NCBI GenBank assembly: GCA_965205505.1
Contig: CBDBHB010000008.1
Location: 896,001-960,000 of the forward strand
Length of the DNA stretch: 64,000 nucleotides
Reading direction: 5' to 3'
Source: Acidobacteriota bacterium
Lineage (GTDB): Bacteria; Acidobacteriota; UBA890; WLXD01
Positions 19,413 to 28,392 of this stretch are shown here, piece by piece. Below the pieces are notes generated by a model that saw nothing but the letters and a program-made list of their open reading frames with translations, ran no database searches and was not told the origin of the DNA. Position 1 is the stretch's first letter. Each line of letters starts with the position of its first letter. Position numbers and translations under genes: made by a program.

Positions 19413-19428
19413 GGCCTTCTCATAGAAG

Positions 19429-19446
19429 TGGCCTGAGTCAGGACAC
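19429..19446. repeat. Collapsed family A MITE footprint
   Basis: TGGCCTGAGTCAGGACAC is a left end joined directly to a right end of family A. Confidence 0.6.
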
Positions 19447-19509
19447 CTGGCGGAGCGGTGAGACAGCCGGTTTCCGTAGCCGGACCCACCAGAGTTCTTC
19501 AGCATCCTG

Positions 19510-19893
19510 CTACGCTGAGAACGAATGCCCGCAGCCACACGTCCCGGTGGCGTTCGGGTTCTTCACCGAGAACCCGCTGCCCATCAGAGACTCGGTGTGA
19601 TCGACGTGACACCCCTCCAGGTAAGGAAGACTGAAGGAGTCGAGAAGCACCTCGATGTCGCCCTGCGGGATCACCAGATCGCCTTCCTTGTGCTCGTCGA
19701 ATGAGAACCCGTACTCGAAGCCTGAACAGCCGCCTCCTTGAACGAAGATGCGCAGCATCTTGCCTTGGGCGTCCGGCTTGGTGTCCAGGAACTCGCGTAC
19801 CTTGGCGATGGCGGCCTCGGTGAACACGAGCGGTGCTTTCGAGGTCGGCGGCGAGGCCGGGCTTTCGGGCTGCTCGCTAGCTGTGGCTTCCAT
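19510..19893 (-). CDS. erpA: Iron-sulfur cluster insertion protein ErpA/IscA
   Basis: GGGCSGFEY, NPNATGTCGCGHSF. Confidence 0.92.
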   Translation of the reverse strand: MEATASEQPESPASPPTSKAPLVFTEAAIAKVREFLDTKPDAQGKMLRIFVQGGGCSGFEYGFSFDEHKEGDLVIPQGDIEVLLDSFSLPYLEGCHVDHTESLMGSGFSVKNPNATGTCGCGHSFSA

Positions 19894-20097
19894 GAAGGCT
19901 CCGTGACGTCGTAGCGGATGACACGTACTTCTATCAGGATAAACGTTGTCCCGGTGTGGTCACAAGACTCGTTCGCGCCACTCAATCGAGCCGCATGCCG
20001 ATATCGTGATCCGAAGCCATCTGGTTCTCGGCCCAAAGCGCCCCCAAGTCAGCAAGGGCCGTGCAGGTTGCTGAAAAACTCTGGCGGGTCTGGCGCT

Positions 20098-22224
20098 TCA
20101 GTCCTGCGTTCCGAGCTCCGCCAACCGCACCCGCGCTCGGGGTGCGAGCCGAGGCCCGTCATTATGAAAGAGTCTCGCCTCGGAGTCGGCCGCCGCCCGG
20201 GTCAGAGCTTGGCGAGCCGGCTGCGCGCCGTCGGCCGAGCTCGCTAGTAAGGCCACCCCTAGCCAATAATCCACCGCGCCGGCACCGAAGGGGGCGCCGG
20301 CGGGCGCACGCACGCGACGTAGCACGTCCACTGCGGCCCCAAAGCGCCCTTGCTCCAGCAGCAAGTGGGCCATCTGTAGCTGCAGCACCCAGCGCGGCGT
20401 TACGGAGTCGCCAGCTCCCAGAGCCACTGTGGCCGCCGCCCACAGCGCCACTGCCCGCGCCGGATCTACGCCCGTCAGGAGCGTTGGGCTAGAGCCCAGC
20501 GTGACGCTCGCTACGCCAGGCGAATTGCCACGCTCGTAGCCGATAGCGAGCCTGTTGAACGGCGGCGAACCCATCAACACCTCTTCCACTTCGGCGGCGC
20601 CGGCTATCGGGCGACCATCGATGGTCAGGATGTGATCGCCGACGCTCAGGCCAGCGCTGGCGGCAGGCCCACCAGGCGTCAGCGATGCAACGATCCCATT
20701 GCCCTCGGGCCCGCCGTCGACTATCAATGCTCCCAGCCAGGCACGGTCGCCCGCCAGCGGCGCGTTGAGCTCGTCGACCCATGCCGTGAGCGCGTCGCGA
20801 TCCCCGCGAGGCAACCGGACCACGCCATGCGACAGGCCCGATCCGGCGGCCCACAGGCGCAGCACCACCTCCGTGGCCGGCGTCGACTCCAGTTCGACGG
20901 TGATGAACACGCTGGCCGGGATCTCTTCTTCCAGCCGATGCTGAGCAGCAGCGTCCAGGGTGCCGTCGTTCTGGAACTCCAGATCGGCGATGCGGTGGCG
21001 GCGATCCATCTGGAACCAGCCGCTGGCGCTGCCGAGCTCGCCGACGAGGTCGCCCAGTACCTCGTCGCGATCTAGCTCGTCACCACCTCGGGCACCGAGC
21101 ACGGCGATCCCGGGCAACAAGCGCACCTCCAGGCTGCGCGTAGTGCCGTCCTCGAGCCGGAACGGCATTTCGAACACGCCCGCACCCGGCATCGACACCA
21201 TCACGCGGTGGTCTCCGACCGGCAGCTCCAGGCGCGCCTGATCGCTAACGCCATCCTGCCGCATCGGTTCGGTGAGCTCGCCGTCGACGTACAAGTTGGC
21301 CGCGGGAGGCAAGCTGCGCAGCAGCAGCATTCCCAAGGCCGCGTCGAGATGCAGAACGCCAAGGTCGTAGTCGCTCAGGTCCGGCACCTCCAGCCGCTGC
21401 CGGAAGGTCCGGTGCTCGGCCAACGTGACTTCGATCTCGTACCACCCCGGGAGCAACGCGTCGACAATCAACGGCAACGACACGGTTGCCGCCGGGTTGA
21501 TTGTCGAGGCCAACGTCGTGCCCATTACTTCACCATTGAGGGTCAAGACTGCGCCTGGCGGATCGGTCGCCAAGCGCAGCGTGGCACTCGATCGCTCCAG
21601 CGATAACCCGACGCCCTCCGTACGGTTGTTTCGCACGCTGACCTCTTCGCGCTGACTGGCGTATCCGGCACGTCGGCCCACGACGACATGATCGCCGGCA
21701 AGTACCGGCAAGATGTCGGGAATGTCACCCAGCTCGCGACCATCGAGAAAGACTCGCAAATCGGCCGGGAAGCGCCCGATGCGCAGGAACCCGACCCTAC
21801 GCTCGCGACGTCGGCGAAAACGAGACGCGAACTCCGCCGACACCGACTCGGCGTTTATCTCGTAGGAGGGCGCCAGCTCGATCACTTGGTCGAGATCATC
21901 ATCGACCTCACCCCTACGACCGACCTCCCAGAGCGCTCGTGCTCTTGACATCAGAGCGCGTCGCAGCAGCAGCCGCAGCACCTCCGAAGGCGCCGCGCCA
22001 GAGGTGTCGAATCGCCCGATCATCCGATCCAGGAGAACAATCGCACCTTCGTGATCACCGGCCCGGATTATTGTCTCGGCACGAGCGTAGAGAATTCCCA
22101 GCTCCTCGACCGGGCCCTGTACCTCCACCAACGGTTGATCAATGGCGACCATCGCCAACGACGCGACGACCGCGAGAAGTAGCCCACGCCGGGCGTTGCC
22201 GGTCCGCGCCTCGAGGCTCCTCAC
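20098..22224 (-). CDS. Exported TPR / PEGA-repeat / PDZ domain protein
   Basis: Signal-like N-terminus; PEGA-like TDPPGAVLTLNG and PPAANLYVDG; PDZ-like GPAASAGLSVGDHILTIDG. Confidence 0.7.
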   Translation of the reverse strand: MRSLEARTGNARRGLLLAVVASLAMVAIDQPLVEVQGPVEELGILYARAETIIRAGDHEGAIVLLDRMIGRFDTSGAAPSEVLRLLLRRALMSRARALWEVGRRGEVDDDLDQVIELAPSYEINAESVSAEFASRFRRRRERRVGFLRIGRFPADLRVFLDGRELGDIPDILPVLAGDHVVVGRRAGYASQREEVSVRNNRTEGVGLSLERSSATLRLATDPPGAVLTLNGEVMGTTLASTINPAATVSLPLIVDALLPGWYEIEVTLAEHRTFRQRLEVPDLSDYDLGVLHLDAALGMLLLRSLPPAANLYVDGELTEPMRQDGVSDQARLELPVGDHRVMVSMPGAGVFEMPFRLEDGTTRSLEVRLLPGIAVLGARGGDELDRDEVLGDLVGELGSASGWFQMDRRHRIADLEFQNDGTLDAAAQHRLEEEIPASVFITVELESTPATEVVLRLWAAGSGLSHGVVRLPRGDRDALTAWVDELNAPLAGDRAWLGALIVDGGPEGNGIVASLTPGGPAASAGLSVGDHILTIDGRPIAGAAEVEEVLMGSPPFNRLAIGYERGNSPGVASVTLGSSPTLLTGVDPARAVALWAAATVALGAGDSVTPRWVLQLQMAHLLLEQGRFGAAVDVLRRVRAPAGAPFGAGAVDYWLGVALLASSADGAQPARQALTRAAADSEARLFHNDGPRLAPRARVRLAELGTQD

Positions 22225-23528
22225 CGGATCACGTAAACGATGGAGGCACCGCGATCGGCGACGTATACACGCCCGGTGCCGTCGACGGCGAGATCCCGGG
22301 GGCTGCGCATCTGCACGGCACTAGGGAAGTCAGGGCCGAGGCGGCTGAACGGATTGCCGTCAGCGTCGAACACGTCGATCAGCTTCGCGTCCCGGTCAAG
22401 CACGTAGATATTGTCCAGGCCATCGATCTCGATCGCCTCTGGACGTCGCCAGTTCCCCTGAACGACAACTACGTCTCGGCGGCCGGCGGCGTCGAAACGA
22501 ATCACTTGATCCGAGCGGCGTTCGAGCACCAACAACCGGCCACGCCCGTCAACAGCGAGGTCAACAGGCTCTTCGTCGCGGCCCGTGATCTGTCGTTCGA
22601 ACCCCCCTTCTGGGGTAAATCGGAGCACGCGCCGCGGGTCCGAGTCCAACAGGTACCAGTACCCCTCGGGTGTCCGTGTCCCACCCTGCAAATCCTCCAA
22701 CGGCACCGGTCGGCCAGCCTCGCTGGCCACGAATCGGAGCTGGGATCCACCGAGCGCGATGACACCCGCCTTGCGCGTTGGCAAGTATGGCAGCCCATCG
22801 ATTCCCCACCATGGTCGGCGATGGTCGTCATGCGGAAGTCGGCTGACCCTCGACGCGTCGGCCCAGATCAACAGCACGGCCGCTATGCCCTCGTCGACGA
22901 CCAGTAGCTGACCGTCGCGGCTGGCTGCTAGCGCGATGGGGCGCCGAAGCTCGTGACCAGGCGTAGATAGCACGCCGGCCGCGGTCCAGTACGGCGTACC
23001 ACTACGGGGTCGTATCCGGAACCGTTGGATCAAGCCCAGGCGCTGCCGCGCTTCGGTTGCGGCTCCAGCATCGCCCTCCAGCGACCCGGCGTCGGTAGCG
23101 GTGATTACCCGCTGCAACATATCAGCGGCCGAAACCCAATCACGGTCGAGGAGGGCAACACTGGCCAATCCGAGGCGAGCCCGTGACGTCCAGGCCGACG
23201 GCGGCTCTTGCTCGAGCACCCGGACATACTCGCCGCCAGCCAACGCGAATGCACCCGAACGCCAGCGTAGGTCGCCGAGACGAACCCGGGCAGCCGCGCG
23301 CCATGACACGGCCGGCGCGACCGCAGCACCGAACTCGGCGACGATGCGCTCGTAGCCCATACGCGCCTCACGCAACCGTCCCAGCCGCAAGAGGCCCTCG
23401 GCCTCGGCAAAGAGGGCCCCGGCAGCCTCGGCGGTCTCCGTCTGTTGCGCCGAGGCATCGGCGATCTGCCCGACGGTGCCGCAGAGAGCCAACGCTAGCG
23501 CAGCGCTGCGGGTCAGTTGTCCGCGCAT
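22221..23528 (-). CDS. Exported TPR plus NHL-repeat protein
   Basis: Signal peptide, TPR helices, NHL blades PVDLAVDGRGRLLVLE and PRDLAVDGTGRVYVAD. Confidence 0.75.
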   Translation of the reverse strand: MRGQLTRSAALALALCGTVGQIADASAQQTETAEAAGALFAEAEGLLRLGRLREARMGYERIVAEFGAAVAPAVSWRAAARVRLGDLRWRSGAFALAGGEYVRVLEQEPPSAWTSRARLGLASVALLDRDWVSAADMLQRVITATDAGSLEGDAGAATEARQRLGLIQRFRIRPRSGTPYWTAAGVLSTPGHELRRPIALAASRDGQLLVVDEGIAAVLLIWADASRVSRLPHDDHRRPWWGIDGLPYLPTRKAGVIALGGSQLRFVASEAGRPVPLEDLQGGTRTPEGYWYLLDSDPRRVLRFTPEGGFERQITGRDEEPVDLAVDGRGRLLVLERRSDQVIRFDAAGRRDVVVVQGNWRRPEAIEIDGLDNIYVLDRDAKLIDVFDADGNPFSRLGPDFPSAVQMRSPRDLAVDGTGRVYVADRGASIVYVIR

Positions 23529-24246
23529 ACCACCACGACGACGGTGATGTTGTCTCGACCGTCGCGCTCGCAGGCGCGGTTCGCCATCACCTCCGCCGCG
23601 ACCTTCGCTTCGCTATTCTCCTTCACGATGCGTGCGATCTCGTCGGGAGGCGTCGAGGGGATGAGGCCGTCCGAAGCAAGCACGTAGATATCGGCGTGAC
23701 AGCGCCCTCCGCGAGATCGACTTCGATTTCTTCCTGAATCCCCAGGCACCGGCTGAGCACGTGGCGCATCGGGTGGGTCTCGGCATCCGCTTCGGTGAGC
23801 ACACCGTCGCGCACCTGCTGACCCACGACAGTGTGATCCTGGGTGAGCTGTTCGATCACCCCGCCGCGAATACGCCAAGCACGACTATCACCTACGTGAC
23901 CAAGCAGCAGCTGGTCGCCGTCAACCACGATCGCCGTAACGGTGGTCCCCATCCCCTCGCGCTCAGGCGAGTTGCGAGCCTCGGTCAGGATGCCGTGGTT
24001 GGCTCTGTCGAAGGCGTCGAGAACCAGATCGAGGTCGGGTGAGTCACCGTTGTCGCGAGCCGTCTGCAGCGTGCGCGTGAGCACCTCCACCGCCATGTTG
24101 CTGGCGTGCTCGCCAGCCCGGTGGCCACCGAGACCATCCGCAACCACGAAGAGGCCGAGATCCTCTTCGGCTCGACAGGCGTCCTCGTTGTGGCGCCGGA
24201 CGGTACCTACTAGCGACGTTGCTCCCGCGTGGATTCTCAGCGACAT
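23513..24246 (-). CDS. PP2C/Stp1 Ser/Thr phosphatase (frameshift near 23690)
   Basis: [35 protein letters not shown] in one frame; LASDGL and GRDNITVV in another. Confidence 0.88.
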
Positions 24247-24427
24247 TCTCCATTGATTCCGGGCGGTTCAGATCAGCGCGCACCGGCGAGGGAATTTTCT
24301 TTCGGCGCTATCAACCTGTCAATAACCGACCGGCACCGGTGCGAGGGCATTTGGCGTTTCGACCGTCAACTACCGTACCTGATATCCTAGCCCGCGCTCC
24401 ATGAAGCCGGACTGACAGGAGGTCATC

Positions 24428-25332
24428 ATGACCGCCGCTGATGACGACGCCACTCCGCCCGAAGAAGAAACCCCCGAGCCCGTTGCGGCCGAGCCCGTTG
24501 CGGCCGAGCCCGTTGCGGCCGAGCCCGTTGCAGCCGAGCCCGTTGCGGCCGAGCCCGTTGCAGCCGAGCCCGTTGCGGCCGAGCCCGTTGCAGCCGAGCC
24601 TGTTGCAGCCGAGGCCACTGCGGCCGAGCCCGCTGCAGCCGAGCCCGTTGCAGCCGAGGCCACTGCGGCCGAGCCCGCTGCAGCCGAGCCCGTTGCCGAG
24701 CCGAGCCCGTTGCAGCCGAGCCCGTTGCAGCCGAGCCCGTTGCAGCCGAGCCCGTTGCAGCCGAGCCCGTTGCAGCCGAGCCCGTTGCAGCCGAGCCCGT
24801 TGCAGCCGAGCCCGTTGCAGCCGAGCCCGTTGCAGCCGAGCCCGTTGCAGCCGAGCCCGTTGCAGCCGAGCCCGTTGCGGCGGCCAAGGCCGAAGCGGCG
24901 GATGTTGCCGAAGACTCCACCTCGGCCAAGCCGGCCAAGAAATCGGCCCCCGACGCCGAGGACCCTCCGCCGCCGCCACCCCCTCCCGACCCGGCCACCT
25001 GCAAGGGGATTGTCATCGGACAGTTAGCGTTCGAGGATTCAGTGCTGGCGGGCGAGTTCGACGACTCGGAATTCCTTTTCTATCTAGAGCCGCCGGGCGT
25101 GCTGAACGCCAACCTGCGGTGCATGCACGCCTACCCTGCCGAGACCGTTCGCGGCGGGATACTCATGACGAAGGCCGCCCGCGACGCCAAGAAGGTGTTT
25201 CTCGACGATGGCGTCAACCCCGACGAATACGAGCTCGAGTTTCCCAAGGAGTTCGGCTACGTAAAGTCGCTCCAGCACTATGTGCCGGAGTCGCGCGAAC
25301 ACGCCAAATTCCCGTGGTCAAAGAAGTACTGA
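24428..25332 (+). CDS. Hypothetical protein with (EPVAA)n tract, broken by a 2-nt insertion in the repeat
   Basis: CAGGAGG RBS before ATG 24428; the 17-nt unit at 24686-24702 shifts frame by +2, exactly the offset to the 25042-25332 frame. Confidence 0.65.
24476..24882 (+). repeat. 15-bp tandem repeat, about 27 units
   Basis: Unit GAGCCCGTTGCRGCC with variants GAGGCCACTGCGGCC and GAGCCCGCTGCAGCC. Confidence 0.95.
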
Positions 25333-25402
25333 CTCGGGCCCTCGCAGCGGCGCTGGACAGACGGGAAGGGGCCTTTCGTCCTCCCCCCCGGTCAGGCCTC
25401 GG

Positions 25403-25436
25403 AAATGTTGACAAAAAAGTCATGTTTTCGTATTCT
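25403..25436 (+). promoter_or_regulatory. Sigma70 promoter of the suf operon with overlapping candidate Rrf2 operator
   Basis: TTGACA (25408-25413), 17 nt spacer, TATTCT (25431-25436); TGAC-A6-GTCA dyad in AT-rich flanks over the -35. Confidence 0.7.
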
Positions 25437-25530
25437 GAACCCTGACGCGCGAGTTTCTGGCTAGTTCCAGTCCAAGCGCATGAGCGACCGAGCCGTTTCC
25501 GGCTCACCTTTCTCACTCCGGAGCATCTCC

Positions 25531-26061
25531 GTGAAGATCACCGCCCTCGAGGAGTACGGTCTGCGCTGTATGTTGCAGCTGGCGCTGAACGACCCCGGGC
25601 AACCTATGTCAGTAAATCAGGTTGCGACGAACGAGGGCCTCAGTCCCGAGTACGCTGGCAAGCTGCTGAACATGTTGCGCCACCAGAGGCTCGTGGACAG
25701 CGTCCGCGGCCGCAACGGCGGCTTCCTGCTGACCCGCACGGCCGCCGACATCAACCTCGGTGAGATCGTCCTGGCGCTATCTAACCAACTCTTCGACTCG
25801 GAGTATTGCGAGCGCCACGCCGGCACCGGGGAGGTCTGTGTGCACGACACCGCGTGCGCGCTGCGCCCGGTCTGGTCAACGCTGTCAGAGCATGTGAGCC
25901 AGCTGCTCGAGAGCATCACACTGGCAGATCTGCTGCGCTCTGAGCGTCAGATGTGTCGTGAGCTCCAACCCATGGTTGAAGCCATTCCGAACCTTACGAG
26001 CGAAACGAAGTTCCCGGCTGCCCCGACCCTCCACAAGGTGCAGCTAACCGAATCCAACTGA
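25531..26061 (+). CDS. Rrf2-family Fe-S transcription regulator
   Basis: EEYGLRCML, SVRGRNGGFLL, three Cys (YCERH...VCVHDTACAL); heads the suf operon. Confidence 0.9.
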   Translation: MKITALEEYGLRCMLQLALNDPGQPMSVNQVATNEGLSPEYAGKLLNMLRHQRLVDSVRGRNGGFLLTRTAADINLGEIVLALSNQLFDSEYCERHAGTGEVCVHDTACALRPVWSTLSEHVSQLLESITLADLLRSERQMCRELQPMVEAIPNLTSETKFPAAPTLHKVQLTESN

Positions 26062-26106
26062 ATTGCTGACTTGTAGGCGAGAAATGATTACAGGAGCACC
26101 ACGCTG

Positions 26107-26874
26107 ATGAGCGAGCAGACACCTTTGTTCGAGGTAAAGGGCTTGCGCGTAGCGATCGAAGGCAAGGAGATCCTGCGCGGTCTCGACCTCAAGATCGACC
26201 GCGGTGAGGTCCACGCGCTGATGGGTCGTAACGGCTCTGGCAAGAGCACCCTTGCCTACGTGACCCTCGGGCATCCGCATTACGAGGTGCTTGACGGCCA
26301 GATCCTCTACAACGGCGAGGACATAACCGAGCTCGACACCGACGAGCGCGCCCGCCTCGGTATGTTCCTGGCGTTCCAGTACCCGATGGCGATATCTGGC
26401 GTGACCGTATCGAAGTTCATGCACTCGGCGCTGAAGGCACGCGACGAGAGCCTGGCCATACGGGACTTTCGCGAAAAGCTCAACGCCGCCATGGAGCTGC
26501 TCGGCGTAGACAAGTCGTTCACCAGTCGTTACGTCAACGAGGGGTTCTCGGGAGGCGAGAAGAAGCGCCTCGAGATTTTGCAGATGTTCATGCTGGAGCC
26601 GGACTTTTGCATCCTCGACGAGACCGACTCAGGACTCGACATCGACGCCCTCAAGACGGTCGCCGAGGGCGTCAACGCGACGCGCTCGCCGGAGCGCTCG
26701 CATCTGGTGATCACCCACTACCAACGAGTGCTCAACTACATCACTCCCGATGTGGTGCACGTGATGATGGACGGGAAGATCGTCCGTACGGGAGGGCCGG
26801 AACTGGCGCACGCCCTCGAAGAGAAGGGCTACGAGTGGATCGAGGACGAGTTGCTGCAGCCGGCGGAGGCCTGA
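26107..26874 (+). CDS. sufC: Fe-S assembly ATPase SufC
   Basis: GRNGSGKST, FLAFQYP, NEGFSGGEKKR, LDETDSGLDIDAL, ITHYQR. Confidence 0.97.
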   Translation: MSEQTPLFEVKGLRVAIEGKEILRGLDLKIDRGEVHALMGRNGSGKSTLAYVTLGHPHYEVLDGQILYNGEDITELDTDERARLGMFLAFQYPMAISGVTVSKFMHSALKARDESLAIRDFREKLNAAMELLGVDKSFTSRYVNEGFSGGEKKRLEILQMFMLEPDFCILDETDSGLDIDALKTVAEGVNATRSPERSHLVITHYQRVLNYITPDVVHVMMDGKIVRTGGPELAHALEEKGYEWIEDELLQPAEA

Positions 26875-26875
26875 A

Positions 26876-26946
26876 TGTCCTGTAACAGACGGATCCGACC
26901 CGATCGCGCGCGTCACGATATGCAACGAACCTCTACCGAAGGACAC
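26876..26946. repeat. Internally deleted family A MITE remnant between sufC and sufB
   Basis: Left TGTCCTGTAACAGA; right CGATATGCAACGAACCTCTACCGAAGGACAC; both match family A ends. Confidence 0.65.
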
Positions 26947-26952
26947 TGAGCC

Positions 26953-28365
26953 ATGTCGACACAAGCCGATGACCTGAACATCAACGACGAGTACAAGTAC
27001 GGCTTCCACGATCCCGAGGTTGCCGTCTACAAGGCCGAGCGTGGCCTCAGCGCCGACGTCGTGCGCGACATCTCGGCGATGAAGAAAGAGCCCGAGTGGA
27101 TGACCGAGTTCCGGCTGCGCTCGCTTGACATCTTCGAGTCCAAGCCGATGCCGCGGTGGGGCAACGAGGAGTTGTTGAACTCGATCGACTTCGACGAAAT
27201 CTACTACTACCTGAAGCCGACCGAGGAGCAGGGCACGGACTGGGACGACGTTCCGGAGTACATCAAGAACACGTTCGAGAAGCTCGGTATACCCCAGGCG
27301 GAGCGCAAGTTCCTCGCCGGCGTGTCGGCGCAGTACGAATCCGAGGTCGTGTACCACTCGCTGCAGAAGGAGATCGAAGAGCAGGGTGTGATCTTCACCG
27401 ACATGGACACGGGCCTGCGCGAGCACGAGGAACTGGTCAAGAAGTACTTCGCCAAGCTGATCCCGCCGGAGGACAACAAGTTCGCGGCGCTCAACTCGGC
27501 GGTGTGGTCGGGCGGCTCGTTCGTCTACGTGCCCCCGGGTGTTGAAGTGACGATGCCACTGCAGGCCTACTTCCGCATCAACACCGAGAACATGGGCCAG
27601 TTCGAACGTACGTTGATCATCGCCGACGAGGGCTCGCGCGTGCACTACATCGAAGGGTGCACGGCGCCGACGTACGTAAGCGACGCGTTGCACTCGGCGG
27701 TGGTCGAGCTGGTGGCGCTACCGGGCTCGCACCTGCGCTATACGACCATTCAGAACTGGTCGAAGAACGTATACAACCTGGTGACCAAGCGCGCCGTCGC
27801 GCACGAGAACGCCACCGTGGAGTGGGTCGACGGCAACCTCGGCTCGAAGCTCACGATGAAGTTCCCATGCGTAAACCTGGTGGGCGAGGGCGCTCACGGC
27901 GAGATCCTCTCGATAGCGTTCTCCAACGAGGGCCAGCATCAGGACGCTGGCGCCAAGATCTATCACGCCGCGCCGCGCACGACCTCGCGCATCACCTCGA
28001 AGTCGATCTCCAAGGACGGTGGGCGGGCTTCATACCGCGGCATGGTGAAGGTCTACCCCGGCGCGGTGGGCTCGAAGGTGCACGTGGAGTGCGATGCGCT
28101 CCTCATGGGCGCCGAGTCACGCTCCGATACCTATCCGACGATGGAAGTCGCCGAGGAGCAGGTACAGGTCGAGCACGAGGCGCGCGTCTCGAAGGTCGGC
28201 GACGAGCAGCTCTTCTATCTCATGAGCCGTGGGCTCACCGAGGAGGAAGCGCTCGTGATGGTGGTCAACGGATTCATCGAGCCGTTCGTAAAGGAGCTGC
28301 CGATGGAGTACGCCGTCGAGCTCAACCGGCTCATCCAGCTCGAGATGGAAGGTTCCGTCGGCTAG
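26953..28365 (+). CDS. sufB: Fe-S assembly protein SufB
   Basis: [51 protein letters not shown]. Confidence 0.97.
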   Translation: MSTQADDLNINDEYKYGFHDPEVAVYKAERGLSADVVRDISAMKKEPEWMTEFRLRSLDIFESKPMPRWGNEELLNSIDFDEIYYYLKPTEEQGTDWDDVPEYIKNTFEKLGIPQAERKFLAGVSAQYESEVVYHSLQKEIEEQGVIFTDMDTGLREHEELVKKYFAKLIPPEDNKFAALNSAVWSGGSFVYVPPGVEVTMPLQAYFRINTENMGQFERTLIIADEGSRVHYIEGCTAPTYVSDALHSAVVELVALPGSHLRYTTIQNWSKNVYNLVTKRAVAHENATVEWVDGNLGSKLTMKFPCVNLVGEGAHGEILSIAFSNEGQHQDAGAKIYHAAPRTTSRITSKSISKDGGRASYRGMVKVYPGAVGSKVHVECDALLMGAESRSDTYPTMEVAEEQVQVEHEARVSKVGDEQLFYLMSRGLTEEEALVMVVNGFIEPFVKELPMEYAVELNRLIQLEMEGSVG

Positions 28366-28392
28366 CCGCCAGGGCTCAGACGACGATTGGGA

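Larger units (their letters stand above)
18025..19428 (+). mobile_element. IS110-family element, IS1111 group
   Basis: Sub-terminal 11-bp inverted repeats ATGAGAAGGCC (18030-18040) / GGCCTTCTCAT (19413-19423), AG core at both ends, long downstream non-coding region, TTGACC at 19401. Confidence 0.88.

Noticed and set aside
20066-20079. GGTTGCTGAAAAAC resembling an IS terminal repeat
   Set aside because: No partner repeat or transposase found nearby.
24476-24882. Tandem array as a possible CRISPR
   Set aside because: Units are contiguous 15-mers without spacers, they encode EPVAA, and no cas genes are present.
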